Source: an uncultured Clostridia bacterium
Lineage (GTDB): Bacteria; Bacillota; Clostridia; Christensenellales; CAG-917
Direction: 5' to 3'
DNA: 64,000 nt
Assembly: GCA_944358385.1 (NCBI GenBank)
Contig: CALVQW010000006.1
Span: forward strand, 28,780-92,779
Under the pieces are notes generated by a model. The model searched no databases. It had not been told where the DNA came from and worked only from the letters and a program-made list of their open reading frames with translations. The position numbers and the translations under genes were made by a program. Shown here in pieces: positions 17,676 through 26,828 of this stretch; the stretch's first letter is position 1, and every line of letters begins with the position of its first letter.

Positions 17676-18998
17676 ATGGAACTCACACCCAAACAAATAG
17701 TCAAGGAACTGGACAGATACATCATAGGGCAGCAGGAGGCGAAGATCGCAGTCGCCATTGCGCTGCGCAACCGCTATCGCCGCAGCCGTCTCCCGGAGGA
17801 GATGCGCGAGGAGATCACTCCCAAGAACATCCTCATGAAGGGACCGACGGGCGTTGGTAAGACGGAGATAGCAAGAAGGCTCGCCAAGCTGGTGCGCGCA
17901 CCCTTTGTCAAGGTGGAAGCCACCAAGTTCACCGAAGTGGGCTATGTGGGCAGGGATGTGGAGAGCATCATCCGCGACCTCGTGGAAGTCTCCATCCGCA
18001 TGGTCAAGGACGAGAAGTTCAAAGAGGTCATGCCCCGCGCCACCGAGATCGCGGAGAACAAGCTGGTGGACATCATCCTGCCCATCCGCAAGAAGGCGGA
18101 CACCGCGGATAAGTCCGATGCGCAGCTCAAAGAGGAACTTTTGAGCGAGATCCGCGCGGGACACCTGGACGGCATCACCATCGAGATGGAAGTCAAACAG
18201 CAGCCCAAGCCCATACAGCTCACGCCCGGCAACGGTCCCGGCAACGAGATCGACCTCGGCAGCATCTTCGGCGGCATGATGGGCGGCGGCAGGAGCAAGA
18301 AACGCAAGCTCACCGTCAAGCAGGCGATGGATTTCATCGTCAATCAGGAGGCGGAGAAGATGGTGGATCAGGATTCCATCACCTCCGAGGCACTCGCAAG
18401 GGCGGAGCAGGACGGCGTGGTGTTCCTCGACGAGATAGACAAAGTGGCGGCGAGAGCGGGCAGAGATCAGGGACACGACGTCTCCCGCGAGGGCGTGCAG
18501 CGCGACATCCTTCCCATCGTGGAGGGCAGCACGGTGCAGACCAAGTACGGTTCCATCCGCACGGATTTCATCCTCTTCATCGCTGCGGGCGCGTTCCACA
18601 TGTCCAAGATGGAGGATCTCATCCCGGAACTCCAAGGCAGATTCCCGATCAGAGTGGAGCTTGACAACCTCACGGAGGAGGATTTCGTCAAGATCCTCAC
18701 CGAGCCGGACAATGCCGTGCTCAAACAGTACAAGGCTCTGCTCGGCGTGGACGGGGTGACATTGAACTTCACGGACGACGCGATAAGAGAGATCGCGCGG
18801 ACGGCGTTTTTCGAGAACGAGAACAGCGAGAACCTGGGCGCGAGACGTCTGCATGCGGTGCTGGAACATCTCTTGAAGGACGTGCTTTACGAGGCGGACG
18901 ACAACACCACGAAAGAGATCGACATCGACCGCGATTATGTTGCCGCGCATCTTTCCACCTCGATGCGCGAAGCGTCGCTGAAAAAATATATCCTGTAA
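17676..18998 (+). CDS. hslU: ATP-dependent protease ATPase subunit HslU
   Basis: 440-aa ORF. LTPKQIVKELDRYIIGQ, Walker A GPTGVGKTEIARRLA and the IDKVA Walker B region are present. Confidence 0.95.
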   Translation: MELTPKQIVKELDRYIIGQQEAKIAVAIALRNRYRRSRLPEEMREEITPKNILMKGPTGVGKTEIARRLAKLVRAPFVKVEATKFTEVGYVGRDVESIIRDLVEVSIRMVKDEKFKEVMPRATEIAENKLVDIILPIRKKADTADKSDAQLKEELLSEIRAGHLDGITIEMEVKQQPKPIQLTPGNGPGNEIDLGSIFGGMMGGGRSKKRKLTVKQAMDFIVNQEAEKMVDQDSITSEALARAEQDGVVFLDEIDKVAARAGRDQGHDVSREGVQRDILPIVEGSTVQTKYGSIRTDFILFIAAGAFHMSKMEDLIPELQGRFPIRVELDNLTEEDFVKILTEPDNAVLKQYKALLGVDGVTLNFTDDAIREIARTAFFENENSENLGARRLHAVLEHLLKDVLYEADDNTTKEIDIDRDYVAAHLSTSMREASLKKYIL

Positions 18999-19091
18999 AT
19001 CGGGACACAAACGAGATTTTATGCGCACATAATGCGCGTTCAACGCGCTGTTGTGCGAAATGCGGCTGAGGGAGAGCCGATCGGAGGAGAA

Positions 19092-20345
19092 ATGATCAAC
19101 ATTCCTAAGGGCACCAAGGATATGCTGCCGGGGGACGCTTACAAGTGGCATTACGTCGAGAGCCGCGCGCGCGAAGTCGCCGCGCTCTTCGGCTTCCGCG
19201 AGATGCGCACCCCGATGTTCGAACACACCGAACTCTTTACGCGCGGCGTGGGCGAGACCACTGATATAGTGACAAAAGAGATGTACACCTTCCTCGACAA
19301 GGGGGGCAGGAGCATGACTCTGCGTCCCGAGGGGACGGCGGGTGTGGCGCGCGCTTTCATCGAGAACGGGCTTGCGCAGCAGCCTCTGCCCATGAAGGCG
19401 TATTATCTCGCGTCCGTGTTCCGCTACGAGCGTCCGCAGAATGGCAGACTGAGGGAACATCATCAGTTCGGCGTGGAGCTTTACGGCAGCTCTCTCCCCG
19501 AGGCGGATGCCGAGGTCATCGCCCTCGCGCACACCTTCCTCACATCGGTGGGGCTGACATCCCTTTCCCTCAACATCAACAGCATAGGGTGCAAAGAGTG
19601 CAGGAAGGCATACAACGCCGCGCTCAAAGAGTACATCGGCGCGAATCTTTCCGACATGTGTGCCACCTGCCGCGACCGCTTTGAACGCAACCCTTTGCGC
19701 ATCCTGGACTGCAAAGAGGAGAAGTGCCGCAGGATCACCGCAGGCGCGCCGCGCATCACTGACTTCCTCTGCGAGGACTGCAAGGCGCATTTTGCCGAGC
19801 TTCGGAAGTTGTTGGAAAAGCAGGGCATACCTTTCACTGTCAATCCCTCCATCGTGCGCGGGCTGGACTATTACACCCGCACGGTGTTCGAGTTCGTCTC
19901 CGACGCCATCGGCGCGCAGGGTACGGTGTGCGGCGGCGGAAGATATGACCGTCTCGTTGAGGAGGTGGGGGGCAAACCCACTCCCGCCGTCGGGTTCGGT
20001 CTGGGGCTGGAGAGGCTGATCATGGTGTTGGAAAACACAGATGCGATGCACGCGCAGCCGGAGAGGACGGATGTCTATCTCGTGCCCCTCGGCGACGCTG
20101 CGAAGGAGAACATCGCATCCGTGGTCGCTGGTTTGCGTGCCGCGGGCGTGAGCGCGGAGTCCGACCTCATGGGCAGGAGCTTCAAGGCGCAGATGAAATA
20201 CGCCGACAAGTGCGGCGCGCGTTATCTTGCCGTGATAGGTGATGAGGAGCTGGCAAAGGGCGTGGTCTCTTTGAAGGATATGGCGGGCGGCGCGAGCAGG
20301 GAAGTCCCGCTTGACGACCTCGCGCGGACGGTGAAGCAAGCATGA
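19092..20345 (+). CDS. hisS: Histidine--tRNA ligase
   Basis: In-frame part of ORF-track 19032..20345. ATG 19092 follows GGAGGAG. It has PKGTKDMLP, class-II motifs (FRYERPQNGRLREHHQFG, GGGRYD) and an anticodon-binding C-terminus. Confidence 0.95.
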   Translation: MINIPKGTKDMLPGDAYKWHYVESRAREVAALFGFREMRTPMFEHTELFTRGVGETTDIVTKEMYTFLDKGGRSMTLRPEGTAGVARAFIENGLAQQPLPMKAYYLASVFRYERPQNGRLREHHQFGVELYGSSLPEADAEVIALAHTFLTSVGLTSLSLNINSIGCKECRKAYNAALKEYIGANLSDMCATCRDRFERNPLRILDCKEEKCRRITAGAPRITDFLCEDCKAHFAELRKLLEKQGIPFTVNPSIVRGLDYYTRTVFEFVSDAIGAQGTVCGGGRYDRLVEEVGGKPTPAVGFGLGLERLIMVLENTDAMHAQPERTDVYLVPLGDAAKENIASVVAGLRAAGVSAESDLMGRSFKAQMKYADKCGARYLAVIGDEELAKGVVSLKDMAGGASREVPLDDLARTVKQA

Positions 20346-20788
20346 CCGAGCAGGGAGTGGTCACCAAGGTAAAGGGCGGTCGCGCCACGGTGGAGTTCGA
20401 CAGAAAAAGTGCGTGCGACAGCTGTCATATGTGCGCCGTCACCAAGGACGGGATGAAGGTGAAGATCGTCATCGAGAACTCCCTCAACGCCTGCGTCGGC
20501 GACGTCGTGAACGTGAGCATGGGGGAGCGGTTTGTGTTGACAGCCGCCCTCATCGTGTATATAATACCCCTTGTACTCGTCGGCATCGGAGTGGGCGTCG
20601 GATCGCTGCTCACGGAGCTTGCACAAGTGCTCCTCGCGGTGGGCGGGCTGATAGTCGGGTTCGTCATCGCCTTTCTTTTGGACAGATTCGTCATCAGGAA
20701 GAAGAAGGGTTTTGCGCCCCGCATGACAGAGATATGCGCTCCCGCCGCTGTCCGCACCGGCGAGAGTGCGAAAGACATCGACAAGTAA
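20342..20788 (+). CDS. RseC/MucC-family (SoxR-reducing system) membrane protein
   Basis: 148-aa ORF with the N-terminal CDSCHMC cysteine motif followed by two TM helices. The start overlaps the hisS stop (ATGA). Confidence 0.65.
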   Translation: MTEQGVVTKVKGGRATVEFDRKSACDSCHMCAVTKDGMKVKIVIENSLNACVGDVVNVSMGERFVLTAALIVYIIPLVLVGIGVGVGSLLTELAQVLLAVGGLIVGFVIAFLLDRFVIRKKKGFAPRMTEICAPAAVRTGESAKDIDK

Positions 20789-20819
20789 TACTTGCGGCGC
20801 GAGCCGAAAGGAGAATGTT

Positions 20820-21149
20820 ATGAGTAATAATTGTTTGACCATCACGAGCAACGATTTCGACACTGTCATACGTGAAAACGATGTCGTTATGGTGGATTTC
20901 TGGGCAAGCTGGTGCGGCCCCTGCAAGATGCTCGGCCCCGTCATCGAGTCCGTTGCGGACGACTATGTGGGCAAAGCCGTCGTCGGCAAAGTCAACGTGG
21001 ACGATTGCCCCGATCTTGCCGAGAAGTTCGGCATCATGACCATCCCCGCGGTCTTTGTTTTCAAGGCGGGCGCAGTGGTCGAAAAGATGATCGGTCTGCG
21101 TCAGAAACCGCAGTTCGCCGCCGTGCTGGACAAATATCTGCTCGGCTGA
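20820..21149 (+). CDS. trxA: Thioredoxin
   Basis: In-frame part of ORF-track 20766..21149. ATG 20820 follows AAAGGAGA. WCGPC active site. Confidence 0.93.
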   Translation: MSNNCLTITSNDFDTVIRENDVVMVDFWASWCGPCKMLGPVIESVADDYVGKAVVGKVNVDDCPDLAEKFGIMTIPAVFVFKAGAVVEKMIGLRQKPQFAAVLDKYLLG

Positions 21150-21155
21150 ACGCCG

Positions 21156-21181
21156 CGTCCCGCCGCAAGCGGGACGTTTTT
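21156..21181 (+). terminator. Intrinsic terminator after trxA
   Basis: CGTCCCGC (21156-21163) pairs with GCGGGACG (21169-21176), followed by TTTTT. Confidence 0.85.
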
Positions 21182-21201
21182 ACGGAGAATTCGGAGAATT
21201 T

Positions 21202-22458
21202 ATGGTAGATCTCAAAAGCATAAAGGCGGTGGATCCCGAACTTTACGAGTCCATGGTGGAGGAGCTTCGCCGTCAGCAGCACAATCTCGAACTCATCGCC
21301 AGCGAGAACATCGTCTCGCCCGCAGTCATGGCTGCGGCGGGCAGTTTCTACACCAATAAGTATGCGGAGGGCTATCCCCGCAAGCGTTATTACGGCGGCT
21401 GCCAATTCGTGGACCGCGCGGAGGAGCTTGCCATAGAGCGTGCGAAGGAGCTTTTCGGCGTCAAATTCGCCAACGTACAGGCGCACAGCGGCTCAAACGC
21501 CAATTTCGCGGTGTATTATGCCGTGCTCAAACCGGGTGACACCGTGCTTGGCATGTCCCTCTCCGAGGGCGGACACCTCACCCACGGCTCTCCCGTCAAC
21601 CTCAGCGGCAAACTTTTCAACTTCGTCTCTTACGGGCTGGATCCCGCAACGGGCAGGATAGACTTTGCGGACGTCAGGAAAAAGGCTCTCGAATGCAAGC
21701 CCAAACTCATCGTCGCGGGTGCTTCCGCCTATGCCAGGACCATCGAGTTCGATAAGTTCCGTGCCATTGCGGACGAGGTGGGCGCATATTTCATGGTGGA
21801 CATCGCGCACATCGCGGGTTTGGTCGCGGCGGGACTGCATCCCTCTCCCGTGTCGTATGCGGATTTCGTGACTTCCACCACCCACAAGACGCTACGCGGA
21901 CCGAGAGGCGGTCTCATCATGACCAACAACGAGGAGCTTGCTAAGCTCATCGACAAGACCATCTTCCCCGGCTCGCAGGGCGGCCCGCTCATGCACATCA
22001 TCGCGGCGAAGGCGGTTGCGTTCAAGGAGGCTCTCTCTCCCGAATTCAAAGAGTATCAGAAGCAGGTGGTCGCCAACGCCAAGGCTCTTGCTGAGACGTT
22101 GCTTTCCGAGGGCATCAACCTCGTCAGCGGCGGCACGGACAACCACCTCATGCTCCTCAATCTCGTCGGGACGGGCGTCACGGGCAAACAGCTTGAGAAA
22201 TGGCTGGACGAGGCGCACATCACCGTCAACAAGAACGCCGTCCCCAACGATCCCGAAAAACCCTTCGTCACCAGCGGCGTCAGGATAGGCACCCCCGCCG
22301 TCACCACCCGCGGCATGAAGGAGGAGGATATGAAGGTTATCGGTAAGTGCATCGCGGACATCATCAGAAATGGTGAGGAAGCGATCCCCGCCGTCACCGA
22401 GAAAGTGTTGGCACTCTGCGCCGCACATCCCCTCTATGAGGAGGACGTCCTCTTCTGA
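21202..22458 (+). CDS. glyA: Serine hydroxymethyltransferase
   Basis: 418-aa ORF with [13 protein letters not shown], the [15 protein letters not shown]-lysine region and SD GGAGAA. Confidence 0.97.
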   Translation: MVDLKSIKAVDPELYESMVEELRRQQHNLELIASENIVSPAVMAAAGSFYTNKYAEGYPRKRYYGGCQFVDRAEELAIERAKELFGVKFANVQAHSGSNANFAVYYAVLKPGDTVLGMSLSEGGHLTHGSPVNLSGKLFNFVSYGLDPATGRIDFADVRKKALECKPKLIVAGASAYARTIEFDKFRAIADEVGAYFMVDIAHIAGLVAAGLHPSPVSYADFVTSTTHKTLRGPRGGLIMTNNEELAKLIDKTIFPGSQGGPLMHIIAAKAVAFKEALSPEFKEYQKQVVANAKALAETLLSEGINLVSGGTDNHLMLLNLVGTGVTGKQLEKWLDEAHITVNKNAVPNDPEKPFVTSGVRIGTPAVTTRGMKEEDMKVIGKCIADIIRNGEEAIPAVTEKVLALCAAHPLYEEDVLF

Positions 22459-22477
22459 GAAGGCAAGCAACACACCG

Positions 22478-22504
22478 AGCCGCCCTTTGAAGGGCGGCTT
22501 TTTA
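22478..22504 (+). terminator. Intrinsic terminator after glyA
   Basis: AGCCGCCC (22478-22485) pairs with GGGCGGCT (22492-22499), followed by TTTTT. Confidence 0.9.
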
Positions 22505-22611
22505 TATCCGTTCTCATTTAATGGCAGGGCGCGCCTTTCACCGCCGCTTTGGGCATGTGCCGCGGTGCTGCCGTTTCCGCGTCTGCGACGGAACATGCGG
22601 CGCGTCGATGC

Positions 22612-22986
22612 TCAGCCTCTGCTGCGCACCCTCCACAGCGTCTCCATAAATGAGCGCACTTCGCTCCCCGCAAAGCCTATCTCCCCGAAGGGCGTCTCCG
22701 CATAGTCGCGCGCCCTTGCGGGGGAGTCCGTCTCTTTTGCGGGAGTTTCGCGGACGGGGGAGTCCGCGCCTTTTTGTCCCCCGCCCAGCATGTTCATCAG
22801 CAAGGGCAGCATACCGCTCGCGCCGCCGTTTTCCGCGCCGCCTCGCGCAGTCATCATGCTCAGCAGCAAGGGGAGCATATTCGCGCCCGCGCCGTTCGTC
22901 CCCGATCCCGCGGAGGAGGTGTCCTGCCGTCCTCCCGCGCCGTTGAGCATCGCCATCAGCGTCATGATCGTGTTCATATCCGTCAT
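22612..22986 (-). CDS. Hypothetical Gly/Met/Leu-rich protein, 124 aa
   Basis: ORF-track entry with an upstream GGTGAGGTGAGGA SD. It has two MLPLL(L/M)xM repeats separated by Gly-rich spacers. I recognise no family. Confidence 0.5.
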   Translation of the reverse strand: MTDMNTIMTLMAMLNGAGGRQDTSSAGSGTNGAGANMLPLLLSMMTARGGAENGGASGMLPLLMNMLGGGQKGADSPVRETPAKETDSPARARDYAETPFGEIGFAGSEVRSFMETLWRVRSRG

Positions 22987-23009
22987 ATCCTCACCTCACC
23001 ACTCAATAT

Positions 23010-23264
23010 ATGCCGACATATTATGATCGTGACGGAGGGCGTATGGACGGAAGGGAAAGCATGGAGAGAAAGATGGCGGAGTATTCCGCGATGAGCAGGG
23101 AGGCTCTGGACCGGGAGCTTGAAAGGGAAGCCGCTGCTCTCAAAGCGAAAGGGATGCTGGACATCCCGCGGTTGGAGGAGTTCCTGCGCACCGCCTCTCC
23201 CTATATGAGTGCGGAACAGGTCGCGCGCATGCGTGAGCTGATCGACGCGTTGAGGCGGCTGTGA
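23010..23264 (+). CDS. Hypothetical small helical protein (start uncertain: 23010, 23043, 23061 or 23073)
   Basis: ORF-track entry with charged helical composition (REALDRELEREAAALKAKG). Its stop overlaps the GTG start of the S8 protease gene. Confidence 0.4.
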   Translation: MPTYYDRDGGRMDGRESMERKMAEYSAMSREALDRELEREAAALKAKGMLDIPRLEEFLRTASPYMSAEQVARMRELIDALRRL

Positions 23265-24331
23265 GCAAGCTGGACGAGGGGCTGGTGCGCGCTCTTGCCG
23301 AGGACGGGAGCGCGTGTGCCGTTGTGCGCGTCCGAAACTCTTTGCATCTCGGTCTCATCTCGCGGCATTTCGATGTCGCGGCAAAGTTCCCATTCATCAA
23401 CGCTCTCGGAGTGCGCTGCGATCGTCGTGACGCCGCACGGCTCGCCGCCATGCAGGAAGTGGTATCGGTCACCTCGCAATGCCGTGTGCGCGCTCTGGAC
23501 GCGCGGGAAGGCGATGTGGCGGGTGCGGAGACGGTGGAGGCTTTGGGCGTTGCGGGGCTTACGGGAAGGGGTACCGTGCTTGCCGTGCTGGACACGGGGG
23601 TGGCTCCACACCTGGATGTCAGCGTGCCGAGGGAGAGGATAGCGGAATTCCGCGATTTTGTAGGTGACGGCGAGCATCCTTACGACGACAACGGACACGG
23701 GACTTTCGTTGCGGGCGTCGCTGCGGGCGGCGGTGTGCTTTCGGGCGGGCGCATACGCGGCGTCGCTCCCGATGCGGACATCGTGGCGGTCAAGGTCATC
23801 GGAGAGTCGGGGGAGACGGGCGCGTTCACCATACTCGCAGGGATGCAGTGGCTGTTCGACAATTGCGTTAGGCTGGGCGTCAAAGTGGCGTGCATGAGCT
23901 TCGGCGCGGATCCTCTGCCTTCCGCCGATCCTTTGAAACTCGGTGCGGAGATGCTGTCGCGGCGGGGGATCACGGTGGTGTGTGCGGCGGGCAACAGCGG
24001 CGCGGGCAAACTCAAATCGCCGGGGATAAGCCCGGAGGTCATCACGGTGGGCGCGGTGGACGGGGATATGCGAGTCGCCGAGTTCAGCTCATCGGGGATG
24101 TATCAGGGCGTCTATCGTCCCGACGTGTGCGCGCCGGGAGTGGCGGTGAAAGGTCCGGATGCGGGCGGTACATACGCACTCATGACGGGGACGTCCGTCT
24201 CCGCACCCTATGTCGCGGGCGCGTGCTGTCTGTTGCACGAACGCTACAAGCGGCTCACTCCGCGGGATGCGAAGCGTATGATCGTGGCTTCCGCGCGGGT
24301 GCTGGACGGGGCGAGAGTGTTCAGGCTGTGA
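23261..24331 (+). CDS. Subtilisin-like serine protease (S8 family)
   Basis: 356-aa ORF. The catalytic triad motifs are LDTGV (Asp), DDNGHGTFVAG (His) and GTSVSAPYVAG (Ser). Confidence 0.85.
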   Translation: MSKLDEGLVRALAEDGSACAVVRVRNSLHLGLISRHFDVAAKFPFINALGVRCDRRDAARLAAMQEVVSVTSQCRVRALDAREGDVAGAETVEALGVAGLTGRGTVLAVLDTGVAPHLDVSVPRERIAEFRDFVGDGEHPYDDNGHGTFVAGVAAGGGVLSGGRIRGVAPDADIVAVKVIGESGETGAFTILAGMQWLFDNCVRLGVKVACMSFGADPLPSADPLKLGAEMLSRRGITVVCAAGNSGAGKLKSPGISPEVITVGAVDGDMRVAEFSSSGMYQGVYRPDVCAPGVAVKGPDAGGTYALMTGTSVSAPYVAGACCLLHERYKRLTPRDAKRMIVASARVLDGARVFRL

Positions 24332-24384
24332 TGTCCCCGCACCCGTCGTGCGAGTTGTGCATGCGATAGAGCGCGGAAAGGGCG

Positions 24385-25515
24385 TCAACGCCTCTTTGCG
24401 GCGAGGATCTCCTCCAGCGCGGCGACGAAGTGATAGATGTCCTTTTCCGTGTTGTCCACGCCTATGCTCGCCCTCACCGCGCCGCGGGAGAGCGTGCCGA
24501 GGGCTTTGTGCGCAAGAGGCGCGCAGTGCAGCCCGCCGCGCACCGCGATCTCCCTTTCCGCAAGCGCGTTGGCGACGAATGAGGAATCCCTGCCTTTGAG
24601 GTTGAAGGAGATGACGCCGAGAGTGGGATCGGCGGTGTAGATCTCGGCGTCCAGCCCTTTGAGATAGGCTATGAGTTCTTCTCCCAGCCTTTTCACCGCG
24701 GGGGCATATCTGTCCCTTTCCGCAAAACTCCATTTCGCGCCCGCGTGCAGAGCGGCTATCCCGCCCGCAAACAACGTTCCCGCTTCCAGACCTTCGGGAG
24801 GTTGGTCGGGCTGATATACGCTGTCCGACGCCGTCCCCGTCCCGCCCATGAGCAGGGGTTGGAGATGCAGATCCTTTTTGAAGATGAGCGCGCCCGTCCC
24901 CTGAGGTCCGTGTAAACCCTTGTGACCGGGCAGCGCGAGCATATCGAAACCGAGTTTGGACATCTCGATGCGCACGGAGGGGACGGCTTGCGCGCCGTCT
25001 ATGAGCGTCACCGTCCCGTATTTGCGCGCCGAGGCGGAAAGCGCGGGAAGATCCGCCCTCGCTCCCGTCACGTTGGATGCCGCCGACACCGCGCAGAAAT
25101 CCGCGTTTTGAAGGGCATTATCCAGGTGCGCGGGCAGGATGCGTCCGCTCTCGTCCGGCGAGACCACCATGAGTTCTATCTTTCCCCGCTTTTCAAGCTC
25201 GAAGAGAGGGCGCAGCACGGAATTATGCTCATATGCCGTCGTCACCACGCGCATCCCCGTCCTAAGGAACCCGAATATGCCGAGGTTGAGAGCTTCGGTG
25301 CAGTTCTTGGTGAACGCGAGGGAATATTCTCCGTCCTTCGCCCCCACGGCGGAGAGCAGAAAACGCCTGCAATCCTCTATCTTCATCGCAGCGTCCAGCG
25401 CGTCGCGGTGTCCGCTCCTGCCGCTGTTGGCGGAGTGGGTGAGATCGTACATCAGAGCATCTGCGACGCCCTTGGGCTTGAAACGCGATGTTGCGGCATT
25501 GTCAAGATATATCAT
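24385..25515 (-). CDS. Cysteine desulfurase-family class-V aminotransferase
   Basis: In-frame part of ORF-track 24385..25620. ATG 25515 follows GAGGAGG. IYLDNAATS, the PGHKGLHGPQGTG PLP-lysine region and a C-terminal RASIG segment are present. Confidence 0.85.
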   Translation of the reverse strand: MIYLDNAATSRFKPKGVADALMYDLTHSANSGRSGHRDALDAAMKIEDCRRFLLSAVGAKDGEYSLAFTKNCTEALNLGIFGFLRTGMRVVTTAYEHNSVLRPLFELEKRGKIELMVVSPDESGRILPAHLDNALQNADFCAVSAASNVTGARADLPALSASARKYGTVTLIDGAQAVPSVRIEMSKLGFDMLALPGHKGLHGPQGTGALIFKKDLHLQPLLMGGTGTASDSVYQPDQPPEGLEAGTLFAGGIAALHAGAKWSFAERDRYAPAVKRLGEELIAYLKGLDAEIYTADPTLGVISFNLKGRDSSFVANALAEREIAVRGGLHCAPLAHKALGTLSRGAVRASIGVDNTEKDIYHFVAALEEILAAKRR

Positions 25516-25639
25516 GATTTCCTCCTCCCCATGATATGCGCGCTCCCGTCCGCATGACACGCCGCGGGGAGTGTCAAAAGAAATGCCCGCGCAATATCGT
25601 ATAACAGCGGACGGATACATAAACTATCCGGAGGGAACT

Positions 25640-25888
25640 ATGAGGGAATTTTTCGTTGCGTTCCGTTCGCGCTCGGATGCCGTGCGGTTTTACGAAGAGG
25701 TGATCACCTACCGTCTGCCCGCGCGCGTCGTCAATACACCGTCGTCCGCGGGAGCGGGCTGCGGGCTGTCCGTCAAGATGCTCATGAAAAATCTGGGACA
25801 GGCGAGGGCGGTGCTGGAAAGGATGCGGACGGATTCCGTGATCGGCTTTTTCGGCATCGGAGCAAACGGGGCGGTGAGACGGCTGTGA
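25640..25888 (+). CDS. DUF3343-like small protein (putative S/Se carrier-like)
   Basis: In-frame part of ORF-track 25571..25888. ATG 25640 follows GGAGGGA. It has the pattern FRSRSDAVRFYEEV...ARVVNTP...GCGLSV. It is divergent from the desulfurase-family gene. Confidence 0.6.
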   Translation: MREFFVAFRSRSDAVRFYEEVITYRLPARVVNTPSSAGAGCGLSVKMLMKNLGQARAVLERMRTDSVIGFFGIGANGAVRRL

Positions 25889-26061
25889 CGCCGTCCCGCC
25901 CCGTTTATTGCTCCTTACGCGGCGTCGGCGAGTGGTGCTTTTGCTGAGGCAGCCGCCCGCAGGATCGCGTCATCTAATGCGTCAGGGGCGGGGAGGGTGC
26001 GGAAAGGCGAGCAAATAACTTCGGAAAATGCACGGAAGAGTAGGGTGCGGGCGCAAATTTA

Positions 26062-26090
26062 TTGCAAATGGCGAAGAAGTGTGCGATAAT
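26062..26090 (+). promoter_or_regulatory. nth promoter ending 6 nt before the ATG (leaderless geometry)
   Basis: TTGCAA (26062-26067), 17 nt, TGc-GATAAT (26082-26090), ATCCGC, ATG (26097). Confidence 0.6.
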
Positions 26091-26096
26091 ATCCGC

Positions 26097-26726
26097 ATGA
26101 ATGCCGCAAACGAAAAGATATTCGAGCTTCTTGACAAGATGCACGGCAATGCCGACTGCGAGTTGCACTTCGGCACGCCTTTTCAGTTGCTCATTGCGGT
26201 CATACTCTCCGCGCAATGCACGGACAAGCGCGTCAACATGATCACCCCGGAGCTTTTCCGTCACGCGTCGACGCCGGAGGAGTTCGTCGCCATGCCCACG
26301 GAGGAGCTGGAAAAACTCATTTTTTCCTGCGGGTTCTATCACAACAAAGCCAAAGCCATCAAGGAAGCCTCCGCATCCATCCTGGAGATGGGCGGGATGC
26401 CGACGGACAGAGAGGGGCTGATGAAACTGCGCGGGGTGGGACGCAAGACGGCGAATGTCGTCTATGCCGTCGCCTACGGCGGCAACGCCATCGCCGTGGA
26501 CACCCACGTTTTCAGAGTGTCCAACCGTCTGGGCATCGCCGACGCCAAGACGCCGGAGGAGACGGAGAGGCAGCTCACGGAGGGTTTTGACGAAAAACTC
26601 TGGAGCAGGCTACACCATCTGCTCATCTTTCACGGCAGATACGTCTGTCACTCCCAAAAGCCGAATTGCGCGGAGTGTCTGCTGAAAGAAAGGTGTAAGT
26701 ATTATCAAAATCAGCAAAAAGTATAA
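26097..26726 (+). CDS. nth: Endonuclease III
   Basis: In-frame part of ORF-track 26028..26726. FQLLIAVILSAQCTD, the HhH-GPD region LRGVGRKTANVV and the C-terminal 4Fe-4S motif CHSQKPNCAECLLKERC are present. Confidence 0.93.
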   Translation: MNAANEKIFELLDKMHGNADCELHFGTPFQLLIAVILSAQCTDKRVNMITPELFRHASTPEEFVAMPTEELEKLIFSCGFYHNKAKAIKEASASILEMGGMPTDREGLMKLRGVGRKTANVVYAVAYGGNAIAVDTHVFRVSNRLGIADAKTPEETERQLTEGFDEKLWSRLHHLLIFHGRYVCHSQKPNCAECLLKERCKYYQNQQKV

Positions 26727-26755
26727 TACATTTCGCCGAAATCGAGAATACTTTT
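26697..26755. repeat. Dispersed repeat family E, copy 3 (overlaps the last codons and stop of nth)
   Basis: AAGTATTATC...AAAAGTATAATAC...GAGAATACTTTT. Same 37-nt interior length as the copies at 33681 and 56308. Confidence 0.6.
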
Positions 26756-26828
26756 CGGGTTCGGCGGGTGTGACGAGAGAAAGCGGGCGTTGCCCGCGCG
26801 CACGCAGGAGCGTGCGCCGGAGGAGGAT

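Noticed and set aside
15741-20339. 1532-aa open reading frame on the minus strand
   Set aside because: It runs antisense through four well-supported conserved genes (trmFO, hslV, hslU, hisS). Its composition is Arg/His/Gly/Ala/Leu-rich, typical of stop-free antisense frames in high-G+C DNA. It has no SD or promoter and no recognisable domain.
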